Positions 10,159 through 19,878 of a stretch of DNA of 64,000 nt are shown here, one piece after another. How positions within the stretch are numbered: the stretch's first letter is position 1; each line of letters opens with the position of its first letter. The notes under the pieces were generated by a model that was not told the DNA's origin, made no database searches, and saw only the letters and a program-made list of their open reading frames with translations. This stretch comes from an uncultured delta proteobacterium (GTDB lineage Bacteria; Desulfobacterota; Binatia; UBA9968): assembly GCA_963816145.1 (NCBI GenBank), contig CAWFJP010000011.1, positions 224,001-288,000 of the forward strand, read 5' to 3'. The translations under genes were made by a program, and so were the position numbers.

Positions 10159-11349
10159 TTAATGCAGGCCGGCAGCATAACTCTCGGCCTGTCGCCGGCG
10201 TTTTGCCGTCGCATTACGGTTGCTCCATGCAGCCGGCTGATAGACACAAAACGGATCGCTGCGCCAAACATCCCCGGTAAGCGCAAACGCCCGGGCCCGG
10301 CTGCCGCCGCAAATGTTTTTGAATTCGCACAGGCCGCATTTACCCTTGAGTTGCCCGTAGTCGCGCACGCGGCGAAATACCGATGAGTCGCGGTAAATGT
10401 CCGCCAATGTCTGAAAGCGGACATTGCCGCCGACGAGGTTGAGGAAACCGCTGGGCTGGACATCGCCCTGGTGCGAAATGAACAGGATCCCCTTGCCGTC
10501 GTTCACGCCAAGCGGCGCGCGCACGATGCGGGTAGCGCGCGCCGACGGCGCGACCTCTGTCGGCGTCGAGTGCTGCCGTTCGACCTCAGCGAGCAGGTCG
10601 GCAACGGGAATGGCGAGTTCGGCGGCGCGCCGCTGCAACAACACGCGCCGGTAGTGGTAACCTTCCCGCGGCGTGACATCGAAGGGCGCCGTTTTGGCCA
10701 GATCATAGAGCCAGTTAAACAGCGACTCCAATTGGCGCGCGTTGAGATTGAGCCGGCGCACCTCCGGCCGCGCCGCCCGCCCCACGGCGATCAGGAGAAA
10801 CAGCGCCCACAGTTTGATGCCGCGCGCGCCGATCATTTCGGCGATCGCGCCGAGATCGTTCAGCACATGGCGCGTCACGGTGGTGTGAATCTGGCTCTCC
10901 AAGCCACAGTCGCGGCACCAGTCGAGGATCTGCAGCGTGCGCTCGAACGATCCGGCAACGCCGCGAAAGCCGTCATGGCTCGCAGCATCCTTGCCGTCCA
11001 GGCTCAACGCCAAGCGCACCAGTCCGGCGTCGGCCAAGCGGCGCACCACCGCGGGCGTCATCAATGGTGTCGCCGATGGCGTCATCGCCACCCGCAGCCC
11101 TTCGCCGCGCGCGTAGGCGATAATGTCAAAGATATCGGAACGCTTCGCCGGATCGCCGCCGGTTAAAATAAAAATCGGATACGGCGGACCGAAAGCTTTG
11201 ATGTCGAACACCAGCTTCTGAGCCTCGGCAAAGGTTAGTTCTCCCGCGCTTCTTCGCGGATTCGCTTCGGCGCGGCAGTGCACGCAGGCGAGATCGCAGG
11301 CGCGGGTCGTCTCCCACACCACGGTAAAGGGTCGTTGATTGAAATTCAT
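10159..11349 (-). CDS. Radical SAM/SPASM protein, AhbD/NirJ-like (TIGR04053-type)
   Basis: WETTRACDLACVHCRA (CxxxCxxC); C-terminal GKCGLCEFKNICGGSRARA...DPFC. Confidence 0.85.
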   Translation of the reverse strand: MNFNQRPFTVVWETTRACDLACVHCRAEANPRRSAGELTFAEAQKLVFDIKAFGPPYPIFILTGGDPAKRSDIFDIIAYARGEGLRVAMTPSATPLMTPAVVRRLADAGLVRLALSLDGKDAASHDGFRGVAGSFERTLQILDWCRDCGLESQIHTTVTRHVLNDLGAIAEMIGARGIKLWALFLLIAVGRAARPEVRRLNLNARQLESLFNWLYDLAKTAPFDVTPREGYHYRRVLLQRRAAELAIPVADLLAEVERQHSTPTEVAPSARATRIVRAPLGVNDGKGILFISHQGDVQPSGFLNLVGGNVRFQTLADIYRDSSVFRRVRDYGQLKGKCGLCEFKNICGGSRARAFALTGDVWRSDPFCVYQPAAWSNRNATAKRRRQAESYAAGLH

Positions 11350-11418
11350 TAGTGCTTTTTCTCAGCATGTTGCGTGCCACCCACGCGGATCAAGAAACGG
11401 AGCTGTGGCTCGGTTAAC

Positions 11419-11630
11419 TGAACAACCCTCGGCTTTAACCCGAGGGGTTCTAAATTTGTCCACTGAAAGTCGATTCTTCGGGGTCGTCATTCCGGCGTAG
11501 AGCCTGCCCCGGACTCGATCCGGGGCCGGAATCCAGGTTTCGTTTAGCCTTGAAGCGCGCGCGAAGATGGATGCCGGCCTGCGCCGGCATGACAAACCCT
11601 CTCTTCGCCTCAAGGCGAGGGATTTCAACC
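11419..11630. repeat. REP-like palindromic element, copy 1 (with an extra internal hairpin)
   Basis: GTCATTCCGGCGTAG...GCCGGAATCCAGG...GGATGCCGGCCTGCGCCGGCATGAC; direct repeat of 11870..12056. Confidence 0.8.
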
Positions 11631-11869
11631 ATCCCCGAGAGCGACATTAATATTGACGACCGAGCGAGAAATTATTGGACTTGGGAAAACCACCGGGCGA
11701 ACTTCTTGTTTTCTAGAAACCGATCGGCTTCTTGACAGCGCGCGCCGTGCCCGGCGCTGACGGTCTTCGCGGGCAAGACAACCAACTATTCATCTGCGGC
11801 GATATTGGCGAAAGATCGAGCGCTTTGAACCAGCAGGAGATCACCATGGGCGAAGTTCTGCTCGAAAAC

Positions 11870-12056
11870 TGAATACCCCTCAGTTCCAAGCCGAGGGGTT
11901 CGAATACGTCGACTGGAAGTCGACTCTTTCATGTCGTCATTCCGGCGTAGGCCGGAATCCAGGTTTTCTTTGGCCTTGCAGCGCGTCGAAGATGGATGCC
12001 GGCCTTCGCCGGCATGACAGACCTTACTCTTCGCATCGAGGCGAGGCGCTTAAACC
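11870..12056. repeat. REP-like palindromic element, copy 2
   Basis: GTCATTCCGGCGTAGGCCGGAATCCAGG...GGATGCCGGCCTTCGCCGGCATGAC. Confidence 0.8.
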
Positions 12057-12183
12057 GTCTCCGTGAGAAACAGTAACCACGACTTGTCGCGAAAAATAGA
12101 ATCGGCCGACGTGATTTTCCTATTTTCAAAAAAGCCCCGCGCGTCCCGCCGCAATTTTCTCCGAGAACAGCGCCGTTTGTCCG

Positions 12184-12199
12184 TGGTATGCCGATTGCG
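12184..12199 (+). promoter_or_regulatory. Sigma54 -24/-12 promoter of the rrf2-nxr operon
   Basis: TGGTATGCCGATTGCG has GG-N10-GC spacing, about 45 nt upstream of the Rrf2 ATG. Confidence 0.65.
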
Positions 12200-12212
12200 T
12201 CGCGATTATGCC

Positions 12213-12233
12213 AAAGGACTAAATTCATCCGTT
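12213..12233. promoter_or_regulatory. Candidate Rrf2 operator (imperfect inverted repeat)
   Basis: AAAGGAC-TAAATTC-ATCCGTT lies between the promoter and the rrf2 start. Confidence 0.35.
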
Positions 12234-12245
12234 GACTCCGACACC

Positions 12246-12653
12246 ATGAAACTCGGCAAGGAAAGCCGCTACGCGATCGAGGGACTTGTGGTCTTAGCCA
12301 AAAAGCCATTCGGCACAACCATGCAATTGCGAGATATTGCCGCGGCGGCAGGAGTTCCCTCCAACTTTCTAGCGAAGATATTCCAAAAGCTCGGCCGGGC
12401 GAGCATCCTTGTCTCCTCCCGCGGCGCCGTTCGCGGCTACGCCATCGCTCGTCGGCCAAACGCCATCACGATGAAGGATGTCGTTGTCGCCGTCGAGGGC
12501 AGCGATGTTTTCGATCGCTGCATTTTTTGGCGCGATCGCTGCGCCGATCTGTCTCCCTGCCCGATGCATTCCGAGTGGAAACAGATGCGCCAAGCCATCG
12601 CCAGGCGGATGCATGGGATAACCTTGGCGGACTTAGCGAGAAAAAAACGGTGA
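12246..12653 (+). CDS. Rrf2-family Fe-S transcriptional regulator
   Basis: SRYAIEGL, FLAKIFQKL, SSRGAVRGYAIAR, and three Cys in CIFWRDRCADLSPCPMH. Confidence 0.88.
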   Translation: MKLGKESRYAIEGLVVLAKKPFGTTMQLRDIAAAAGVPSNFLAKIFQKLGRASILVSSRGAVRGYAIARRPNAITMKDVVVAVEGSDVFDRCIFWRDRCADLSPCPMHSEWKQMRQAIARRMHGITLADLARKKR

Positions 12654-12698
12654 AGCGCATTTGATCGATCCGACAACGATCCGGGGAGGGACCCTGAG

Positions 12699-14279
12699 AT
12701 GAAATTGTTTTTTGCTTCGATGATCGCGCTGGTTGTCGTTTTATGCGGCCTCGCAGTCATCAAATCCGCGGAAGTCAAATCACCTCCTGCTTCCTCTCAA
12801 CTCATTGCGGTCGGCAAGCAGCTCTACGGCCAGCAATGCGCCGCTTGCCACGGCACCACCGGCCGTGGCGACGGCGAAGCGGCTTATCTCTTGTATCCCA
12901 AGCCGCGCGATTTCGTTGCCGCCAGGTATCGCTTGGTTTCCACTTGGGAGCGCGTCCCGACCGATCAGGATCTGTACGACACCATCACTCGCGGCATGCC
13001 GGGTTCGGCCATGCCATCTTGGGGACATCTGACGCCCGAGCAACGTTGGGGCTTGGTCCACTACATCAAATCGCTGGCTGAGAAGCCGCTGGAAATTAAA
13101 CCGTCGAAAGCTCCCAACGCCGACGGCAGCGGCGGTCAGGGAGTCATTCAACCGCCGCCGCAACTGCCATTCGATAGCGCGGCTAGAACCCGAGCTTTGG
13201 AACTGTACAAAGAAGCCTGCGCTTCTTGCCACGGCGCGACGGCAAGAGGCGACGGCACAGAGAAGCAGGTCGACGAAGAAGGCTATCCAACCCGTCCGCG
13301 CGATCTCACCGCCGGTATTTTCAAAGGCAACCATGATCCGCTTTCGCTCTACCGCCATATCGTTGCCGGCATTCCTGGTAGCCCGATGCCGATGAGCGAC
13401 TGGGCCTGGGGCAATGACGCCTGGCATCTGGTCAATTACGTGCGTTCTCTTTCCAGTGACACGCAGCGTGCGCGTGTCGAGATGAAAAAATTCATCATTC
13501 AGGCAGAGCGCGTCAAAACTCTTCCCGATCATCCCGAGTCCGGTATCTGGCGCAGCGCGCCGCCGGTCAATCTTCACCTGATGCCGCTTTGGTGGCGCAG
13601 CGAAAGACCGGAGGAAGTGACCGTGCGTGCCGTCCACGATGGCAAAGAGCTGGCGATCCTGATGGTCTGGCGCGATGATACCAACGACCAGACCGCTGTG
13701 CGTCCGCAGGATTTTCGCGATGCCGCCGCAATCCAATTTTCGTTGACCGCAAACCCACCGTTTTTCGCCATGGGCGCCACCGGCGCGCCGGTGAATATCT
13801 GGATGTGGAAATCCGAGCGGCAAGCCGATCTGGATCTCGCCTTTCAGGACATCGAGAGAGCTTATCCAAATATCGGTATCGATTCCTACCCCAATTCGAT
13901 GCGCTCAGCCGTCGAACAGCCGTCTCGACACGCTCTGACGTTGCAATCGGACCCGACATTCGTCACCGGCTGGGGCGCAGGGAATATCGTTTCTGATCCG
14001 CAGCGAAAAAGTGCTGTCGAAGATCTTGCGGCCCAAGGATTCGGCACATTACGAGCAAGACCGAGGATCGAACAAAAGATTGACGCCCATGGAGTCTACG
14101 GACTGGGTTCCTATGCGGTCATGTTCCGCCGAACGCTGACACCGACCGGTGAAGGAGCCGTGGCACTGAAACCGGGCTCGACCCTGCCCGTCGCCTTTGC
14201 CGTCTGGAACGGCAGCGCGGGAGATCGCGACGGCAAGAAATCGGTGACTATTTGGCAGGATCTGAAGATTGCTAAGTAG
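12699..14279 (+). CDS. nxrC: Periplasmic diheme cytochrome c fused to an ethylbenzene-dehydrogenase-type heme b domain (NxrC-like gamma subunit)
   Basis: Signal peptide; CAACH and CASCH; C-terminal FRDAAAIQF...FFAMG...PVNIWMWK...AFAVWNGSAGDRDGKKSV. Confidence 0.75.
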   Translation: MKLFFASMIALVVVLCGLAVIKSAEVKSPPASSQLIAVGKQLYGQQCAACHGTTGRGDGEAAYLLYPKPRDFVAARYRLVSTWERVPTDQDLYDTITRGMPGSAMPSWGHLTPEQRWGLVHYIKSLAEKPLEIKPSKAPNADGSGGQGVIQPPPQLPFDSAARTRALELYKEACASCHGATARGDGTEKQVDEEGYPTRPRDLTAGIFKGNHDPLSLYRHIVAGIPGSPMPMSDWAWGNDAWHLVNYVRSLSSDTQRARVEMKKFIIQAERVKTLPDHPESGIWRSAPPVNLHLMPLWWRSERPEEVTVRAVHDGKELAILMVWRDDTNDQTAVRPQDFRDAAAIQFSLTANPPFFAMGATGAPVNIWMWKSERQADLDLAFQDIERAYPNIGIDSYPNSMRSAVEQPSRHALTLQSDPTFVTGWGAGNIVSDPQRKSAVEDLAAQGFGTLRARPRIEQKIDAHGVYGLGSYAVMFRRTLTPTGEGAVALKPGSTLPVAFAVWNGSAGDRDGKKSVTIWQDLKIAK

Positions 14280-14282
14280 CGA

Positions 14283-14374
14283 CGGTTCAACCCCCACCTC
14301 TTTCCTCCCCCGCGGCGCGGGGGAGGATGAAGGAGGGGGATTGAACGACTGGAACCACTGGAACGATTGGAACG
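14283..14374. repeat. Palindromic intergenic element, nxr copy 1
   Basis: Core CCTCCCCCGCG-N-CGCGGGGGAGG with flanking TGGAACNAY 9-mers. Confidence 0.85.
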
Positions 14375-14398
14375 CGAGCGACGACAGGAGCGAGAAAA

Positions 14399-17300
14399 AT
14401 GAACGACGATGAAGCCAGAGCGATGAGCGCGAATCACCCGCCGTGATTTTCTCAAGTGGATGGGCATCGGCACCGGCGCAGCGGCCATCGCTGCCGGTTC
14501 TTTGCACTATTTCAGACCGGCAGACGGCGGCGACAATCCCCTTGCCCGATCGATCAATCGAGAATGGGAAAAGATTTACCGGGATCAATACAAATTCGAT
14601 AGCGCTTTTGACTGGGTCTGCTCGCCAAACGACACCCATGCGTGCCGAGTGCGCGCTTACGTGCGCAATGGCATCGTCACCCGCATGGGAGCCACCTACG
14701 ATTACCAAAACTACGCCGATCTTTACGGCAACAAAGCAACCGTCAATTGGAATCCGCGCCAGTGCGCCAAGGGCTACACTTTTCATCGCGTCATCTATGG
14801 CCCCTACCGGCTGCGCCATCCGATCGTGCGCAAAGGTTGGAAGGCTTGGGCGGATGCCGGCTTTCCCGAACTCACGCCGGAGAACAAAACCAGATACATG
14901 TTCGACGCCCGCGGCCAAGACGAGTTCGTGCAGATTTCCTGGCCGGACGCCTTCGACAACATCGCCAAGGCGCTGGTCGCGATTTCTACCCGTTACAGCG
15001 GCGACGCCGGAAAGAAACTTCTCCTGGCACAAGGTTACCAACCGGAAATGGTCGAAGAGATGGGCGGCGCCGGCACGCGTACGGTAAAAATGCGCGGCGG
15101 TATGGGCTTGCTTGGCGTGATCGGCAAGTACGGCATGTACCGCCTCAACAATTCACTGGCGCTGCTCGATGCCAAGATCCGCGGCGTCGGTCCCGAGAAG
15201 GCCCGCGCCGGGCGCAATTTTTCGAACTATACCTGGCATGGCGATCAAGCGCCGGGCCATCCCTGGGTGCACGGCCTGCAGGCGTCGGAGTGCGACTTCA
15301 ACGATTTGCGTTTTTCCAAACTCATCATCATGGACGGCAAGAACCTGGTCGAAAACAAGCTCACCGACTCGCACTGGTTTATCGAGTGCATGGAGCGCGG
15401 CGCGAAGATCGTGGTGATCGCGCCGGAATACGGCCCGCCGTCGACCAAAGCCGACTACTGGATTCCGATTCGCCCGCAGACCGACGCCGCGCTTTGGCTC
15501 GGCGTTACTAAGCTGATGATCGACAAGCAATGGTACGACGAAACTTTCGTCAAGCGCTTCACCGATTTCCCGCTGCTCGTGCGCACGGATAATTTGAAGC
15601 GGCTGCGCGCCCAGGAAATTTTTGCCAATTACAAAACCAGTCTGTCGGCTGACGGCCCGTCGATGAAGGTGCAAGGTCTGACCGCCGAGCAGCACGCCCA
15701 GCTTGGCGACTTCGTGATTTGGGATGGGAAGACGAACGGCCCGGTGGCAATCACGCGCGATGATGTGGGCGAGACTATGGCAAAAAAAGGCTTGGACCCA
15801 GCGCTCGCCGGCACTTTCAAGGTCAAACTCACCGACGGCAAAGAAGTCGAAGTCGCAACGCTTTGGACGCTTTATCAAACCCATCTGAAGGACTACGACC
15901 TCGATACGGTAGCCGAGATCACCCAGGCGCCGAAAGCGATGATCGAGCAGCTGGCGCAAGATATCGCGACGATGAAACCGGTGGCGATTCATCAAGGCGA
16001 GGGCATCAACCACTGGTTCCACGCCACGGAAATGAACCGCGCAGCATACTTACCGCTGATGCTGACGGGCAACATCGGCAAGCCGGGCGCCGGCTGCCAC
16101 ACCTGGGCGGGCAACTACAAAGCGGCCCTCTTTCAGGGCTCGCCCTGGACCGGTCCTGGCTTTAAAGGCTGGGTAGCGGAAGACCCGTTTGAGATCAACC
16201 TCAATCCGAAGGCTGACGGCAAAGAGATCCATGCTCATGCTTACACCAAAGACGAAGAGCCGGCTTATTGGAATCACGGCGATCTCGCTTTGATCGTCAA
16301 CACGCCGAAGTTTGGCCGCAAAAACTTTACCGGCAAGACCCACATGCCGACGCCCACCAAAGCCCTGCTCTTCAACAACGTCAACCTGATCAATAACGCC
16401 AAGTGGGCCTACGGCATGATCAAGAACGTCAATCCCAATGTGGAAATGATCGTTTCGATGGACATTCAGATGACCGCTTCCATCGAGTATGCCGACCTCG
16501 CGCTGCCGGCCAACTCGTGGCTCGAATTCGAAGGATTGGAAATTACCGCGAGCTGCTCGAATCCTTTCCTGCAAATTTGGAAAGGCGGTATTGCGCCGGT
16601 CTTCGACAGCAAAGATGACCTCGACATCATCGCCGGCATCGCCAATGCGCTCGCCAACGTCACCGGCGAGAAACGATTCCGCGATTACTTTGCCTTTGCC
16701 GCCGCCGACAAACGGGGCGTTTACATCCAGCGCCTGCTCGACACCTGTACGACGACGGCCGGTTACAAGCTCACCGATATCATGGCCGGCAAGTACGGCC
16801 CGTCGGGCGGCTGCTTGCTGAACTTCCGCACCTATCCGCGCATTCCCTTCTATGAACAGGTGCACGACAGCGAACCGTTCCATACGGACACAGGACGGAT
16901 GCACGCCTACGCGGACGTGCCGGAAGCGATCGAGTACGGCGAGAACTTCATCGTGCATCGCGAAGGGCCGGAAGCGACACCCTATTTGCCCAACGTCATC
17001 GTCAGCTCCAATCCGCTCGTGCGACCCGAGGACTATGGCATCCCTGCCAAGGCCGAGCACTGGGATGAGCGCACCATCCGCAACATCAAGATGCCCTGGA
17101 GCAAGGTCAAGCAGAGCAAAAACTTTCTCTGGGAAAAGGGCTTCCAGTTTTACTGCTTGACACCGAAGACGCGCCACCGGGTGCATAGCGGCTGGTCGAA
17201 CGTCGATTGGCACATGCTGATGGACTCCAACTTCGGCGATCCCTACCGCCTGGACAAGCGCGCCCCCTGCGTCGGCGAACATCAACTGCACATGAATCCC

Positions 17301-17868
17301 CAGGCAGCTCGCGATCTTAACATCAACGACGGCGACTACGTTTACGTCGACGCCAACCCGGCCGATCGGCCCTACCTCGGCGCGAAACCAGATGATCCGT
17401 TCTATCGCGTGTCGCGCCTGCATGCTGCGCGTGACCTATAACCGCGCTTATCCGTACAACATCGTGATGATGAAGCATGCACCGTTCATCGCCACGGAGA
17501 AAAGCGTCAAGGCGCACGAAACCCGGCCCGACGGCCGCGCGTTGTCGGCGAACACCGGCTACCAGGCCAATCTGCGCTACGGCTCGCAGCAATCGATCAC
17601 GCGCAATTGGCATATGCCGATGCATCAGACCGACACGCTGTTTCACAAGTCGAAAGCTTTCATGAGCTTTATTTTCGGCGGCGAAGCCGACAATCACGCC
17701 GTCAACACCGTGCCCAAAGAAACCCTCGTCCGCGTCACCAAAGCGGAAGACGGCGGCATGGGCGCCAAAGGCATCTGGAAACCAGCGACGTCGGGACACT
17801 CGCCGGATAACGAGAACGATCTGATGAAACGATATCTGGCGGGAGATTTGACCAAGGTGAAAACATGA
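14399..17868 (+). CDS. nxrA: Periplasmic (Tat) nitrite oxidoreductase/nitrate reductase alpha subunit, anammox/Nitrospira type; two +1 frameshifts (~14426, ~17420)
   Basis: ATG 14399 follows AGGAG. Tat motif RITRRDFLK is in frame with ORF 14460. WEKIYRDQY..., FS0 motif CSPNDTHAC...NPRQCAKG, Mo-ligand region YTWHGDQAPG. C-terminus is in ORF 17392..17868 (GSQQSITR, NTVPKETLVRVTKAEDGG). About 1155 aa when repaired. Confidence 0.9.
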
Positions 17869-17875
17869 AGCGAGA

Positions 17876-18001
17876 CCGTTCCACAAGTTCCAACCGTTCC
17901 AATCGTTTCAGCCCCCACCTCTTTCCTCCCCCGCGTCGCGGGGGAGGACGAAGGAGGGGGATTGAACTTCTGGAACAATTGGAACCTGGAACGACTGGAA
18001 C
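17876..18001. repeat. Palindromic intergenic element, nxr copy 2
   Basis: Same core, with GTTCCA arms on the left and TGGAAC arms on the right. Confidence 0.85.
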
Positions 18002-18023
18002 CCGAGCGACGAAGGAGCGAGAG

Positions 18024-18455
18024 ATGCCCTTTAAAGACCCCGATCCCACCGATCCGAACATGCTCGTCGGCGTGATGTTGCCGGCGGACGCGGAAGCGAC
18101 CCGCGATATGGCCTATGTCTTCGCTGAAGAATTCGCGCGCATGGGTTACAACCGCGAGCAGTTGCTCTGGCTGTTCAAGAATCCCTTCTACGGCGGCGCC
18201 CATGGCGCGTACCGGGCGCTCGGCGAACAAGAAACTCTGGCGATCATCGATGAATGTCTGAACGTTTGGGGAAACATTCGGGTTCGGTTCTGGATTTTCG
18301 ACGTTCAAGCGATCAAACTGCCAGCCTCCGACCTCCCCCGCGACGCGGGGGAGGATGAAGGAGGAGGCTTGAACGGAGCGCAGCGTGTTGAACGGAATCG
18401 AATGATCGAACGATTGAACGGAATCCAAATTCGAGCGACGAGAGGAGCGAGATGA
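18024..18455 (+). CDS. Small conserved-looking nxr-associated protein; 3' end runs through repeat copy 3
   Basis: GAAGGAG RBS; MPFKDPDPTDPNMLVGV...FAEEFARMGY...LFKNPFYGGAH. The natural end is probably near 18300. Confidence 0.65.
   Translation: MPFKDPDPTDPNMLVGVMLPADAEATRDMAYVFAEEFARMGYNREQLLWLFKNPFYGGAHGAYRALGEQETLAIIDECLNVWGNIRVRFWIFDVQAIKLPASDLPRDAGEDEGGGLNGAQRVERNRMIERLNGIQIRATRGAR
18303..18421. repeat. Palindromic intergenic element, nxr copy 3 (degenerate)
   Basis: CCTCCCCCGCGACGCGGGGGAGGATGAAGGAGG followed by TTGAACG repeats. Confidence 0.75.
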
Positions 18456-19721
18456 TGAGCTAAGGTTCACAACTGGCAGATCGGCCGGGAAATGAATTAT
18501 CCCTACCCGCAAGCATTCCCGCGCCAACAATTCGCCTTCGTCTTCAACATCAACCGCTGCATCGCCTGTCAGAGCTGCACGATGGCCTGCAAGTCCACCT
18601 GGACCTTCAATAAGGGCCAGGAGCATATGTGGTGGGCCAACGTCGAGACCAAGCCCTACGGCGGCTACCCGCAATTCTGGGACGCCAAGATTCTCGACCT
18701 CCTGGAACAAGCCAACCCCGGCAACCAGCAATGGTCGGGAAAACCGTCCAACGATAAAAACAAACCTTACGGCCAGTTCGACGGCAAGACGATTTTCGAA
18801 GCGCAAAACATGCTGACGCCGGACAGCGCCCGCGTGCTCGGCTATCTGCCGACCGACGAAGAATGGAACTTGCCGAATATTTTCGAAGACAATCCGGTCG
18901 GCAAACGAGGGGTGCGCAACGAGATCGACAAGGAAGGCACGGCGCTGCCAGAGCATAAGACCTGGTTCTTCTATCTAGCGCGCATCTGCAACCACTGCAG
19001 CTATCCGGCCTGCCTGGCCGCCTGCCCGCGCAAAGCGATCTACAAAAGGCCCGAAGACGGCATCGTACTAATCGATCAGAAGGAATGCCGCGGCTACCGC
19101 AAATGCGTTGAAGCCTGCCCGTACAAAAAGTCCATGTACCGCGGCAACACCCGGGTGTCGGAAAAATGCGTCGGCTGTTATCCACGCGTCGAAGGGAAAG
19201 ATCCGGAAAGCGACGGCCAACCGATGGAAACCCGTTGCATGGCCGCCTGCATCGGCCAGATCCGCATGCAGGGTCTGGTCAAGATGAACAACGACGGCAG
19301 TTGGGCCGAAGACCGCTACAACCCGCTCTACTATATGGTCAAGGTCGCCAAAGTTGCCCTGCCGCTTTATCCGCAGTTCGGCACCGAGCCCAATGGTTAT
19401 TATATTCCGCCGCGTTGGGTGCCGCGGGAATATCTGAAGCAGATGTTCGGTCCGGGCGTCGACGAGGCGATCGAGCGCTACAGCTATCCCGATCGCGAAT
19501 TGTTGGCGGTCTTGCAGCTATTCCGCCGCTCGAATCGGATTATTTTCCGCTACGAAATCAAAGAAGGGCCGAAAGTCTACGAAGCGACGCTCAGGGGGCG
19601 CAAGGTCACCCTGTATAACGACACCGTGATCGCCTACGGCCAAGACAATAAAGAGATCTTCCGCACCCAGATCGAAGAGCCGGTGCACGTGCGGCCGAAC
19701 AAGCATGCGAACTCCATATGA
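18455..19721 (+). CDS. nxrB: Nitrite oxidoreductase/nitrate reductase beta (Fe-S) subunit, anammox-like; +1 frameshift right after the start
   Basis: KVHNWQIGREMNYPY lies upstream of the ORF-track start. CIACQSCTMAC, CNHCSYPACLAAC, CRGYRKCVEAC, C-terminal EEPVHVRPNKHANSI. Confidence 0.92.
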
Positions 19722-19727
19722 ATCAAA

Positions 19728-19860
19728 CGCGTTCCAGCCGTTCCACCGCTGCGCTCCGTTCCAGTCGTTCAACCCCCTCCTTCATCCTCCCCCGCGACGC
19801 GGGGGAGGAAAGAGGTGGGGGTTGGATCGATTGGAACGATTGGAACCACTGGAACCAACC
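19728..19860. repeat. Palindromic intergenic element, nxr copy 4 (core inverted)
   Basis: CCTTCATCCTCCCCCGCGACGCGGGGGAGGAAAGAGGTGGGGG with GTTCCA/TGGAAC arms. Confidence 0.85.
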
Positions 19861-19878
19861 GAGAAATGAGGCAACTCC

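Noticed and set aside
11362-12459. Short ORFs with WIPAYAGMT-type peptides
   Set aside because: Translations of REP-like repeats, not genes.
14409-14426. In-frame ATG...TGA before the NxrA Tat motif as selenocysteine readthrough
   Set aside because: It would put Sec in a signal peptide. The RBS-supported ATG at 14399 plus a one-base insertion explains it better.
17865-18023. N-terminal extension of the small nxr-associated ORF
   Set aside because: It is repeat copy 2 read in frame. The RBS-supported start is at 18024.
17694-18956. Long antisense ORFs over nxr and bcr genes (e.g. 16050..17423, 17694..18956, 24118..25419, 28569..29897)
   Set aside because: Shadow ORFs of GC-biased coding strands, with no recognisable motifs.
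14283-19860. Repeats as a CRISPR array
   Set aside because: The copies are separated by whole genes and vary in length and orientation, and no cas genes are present.
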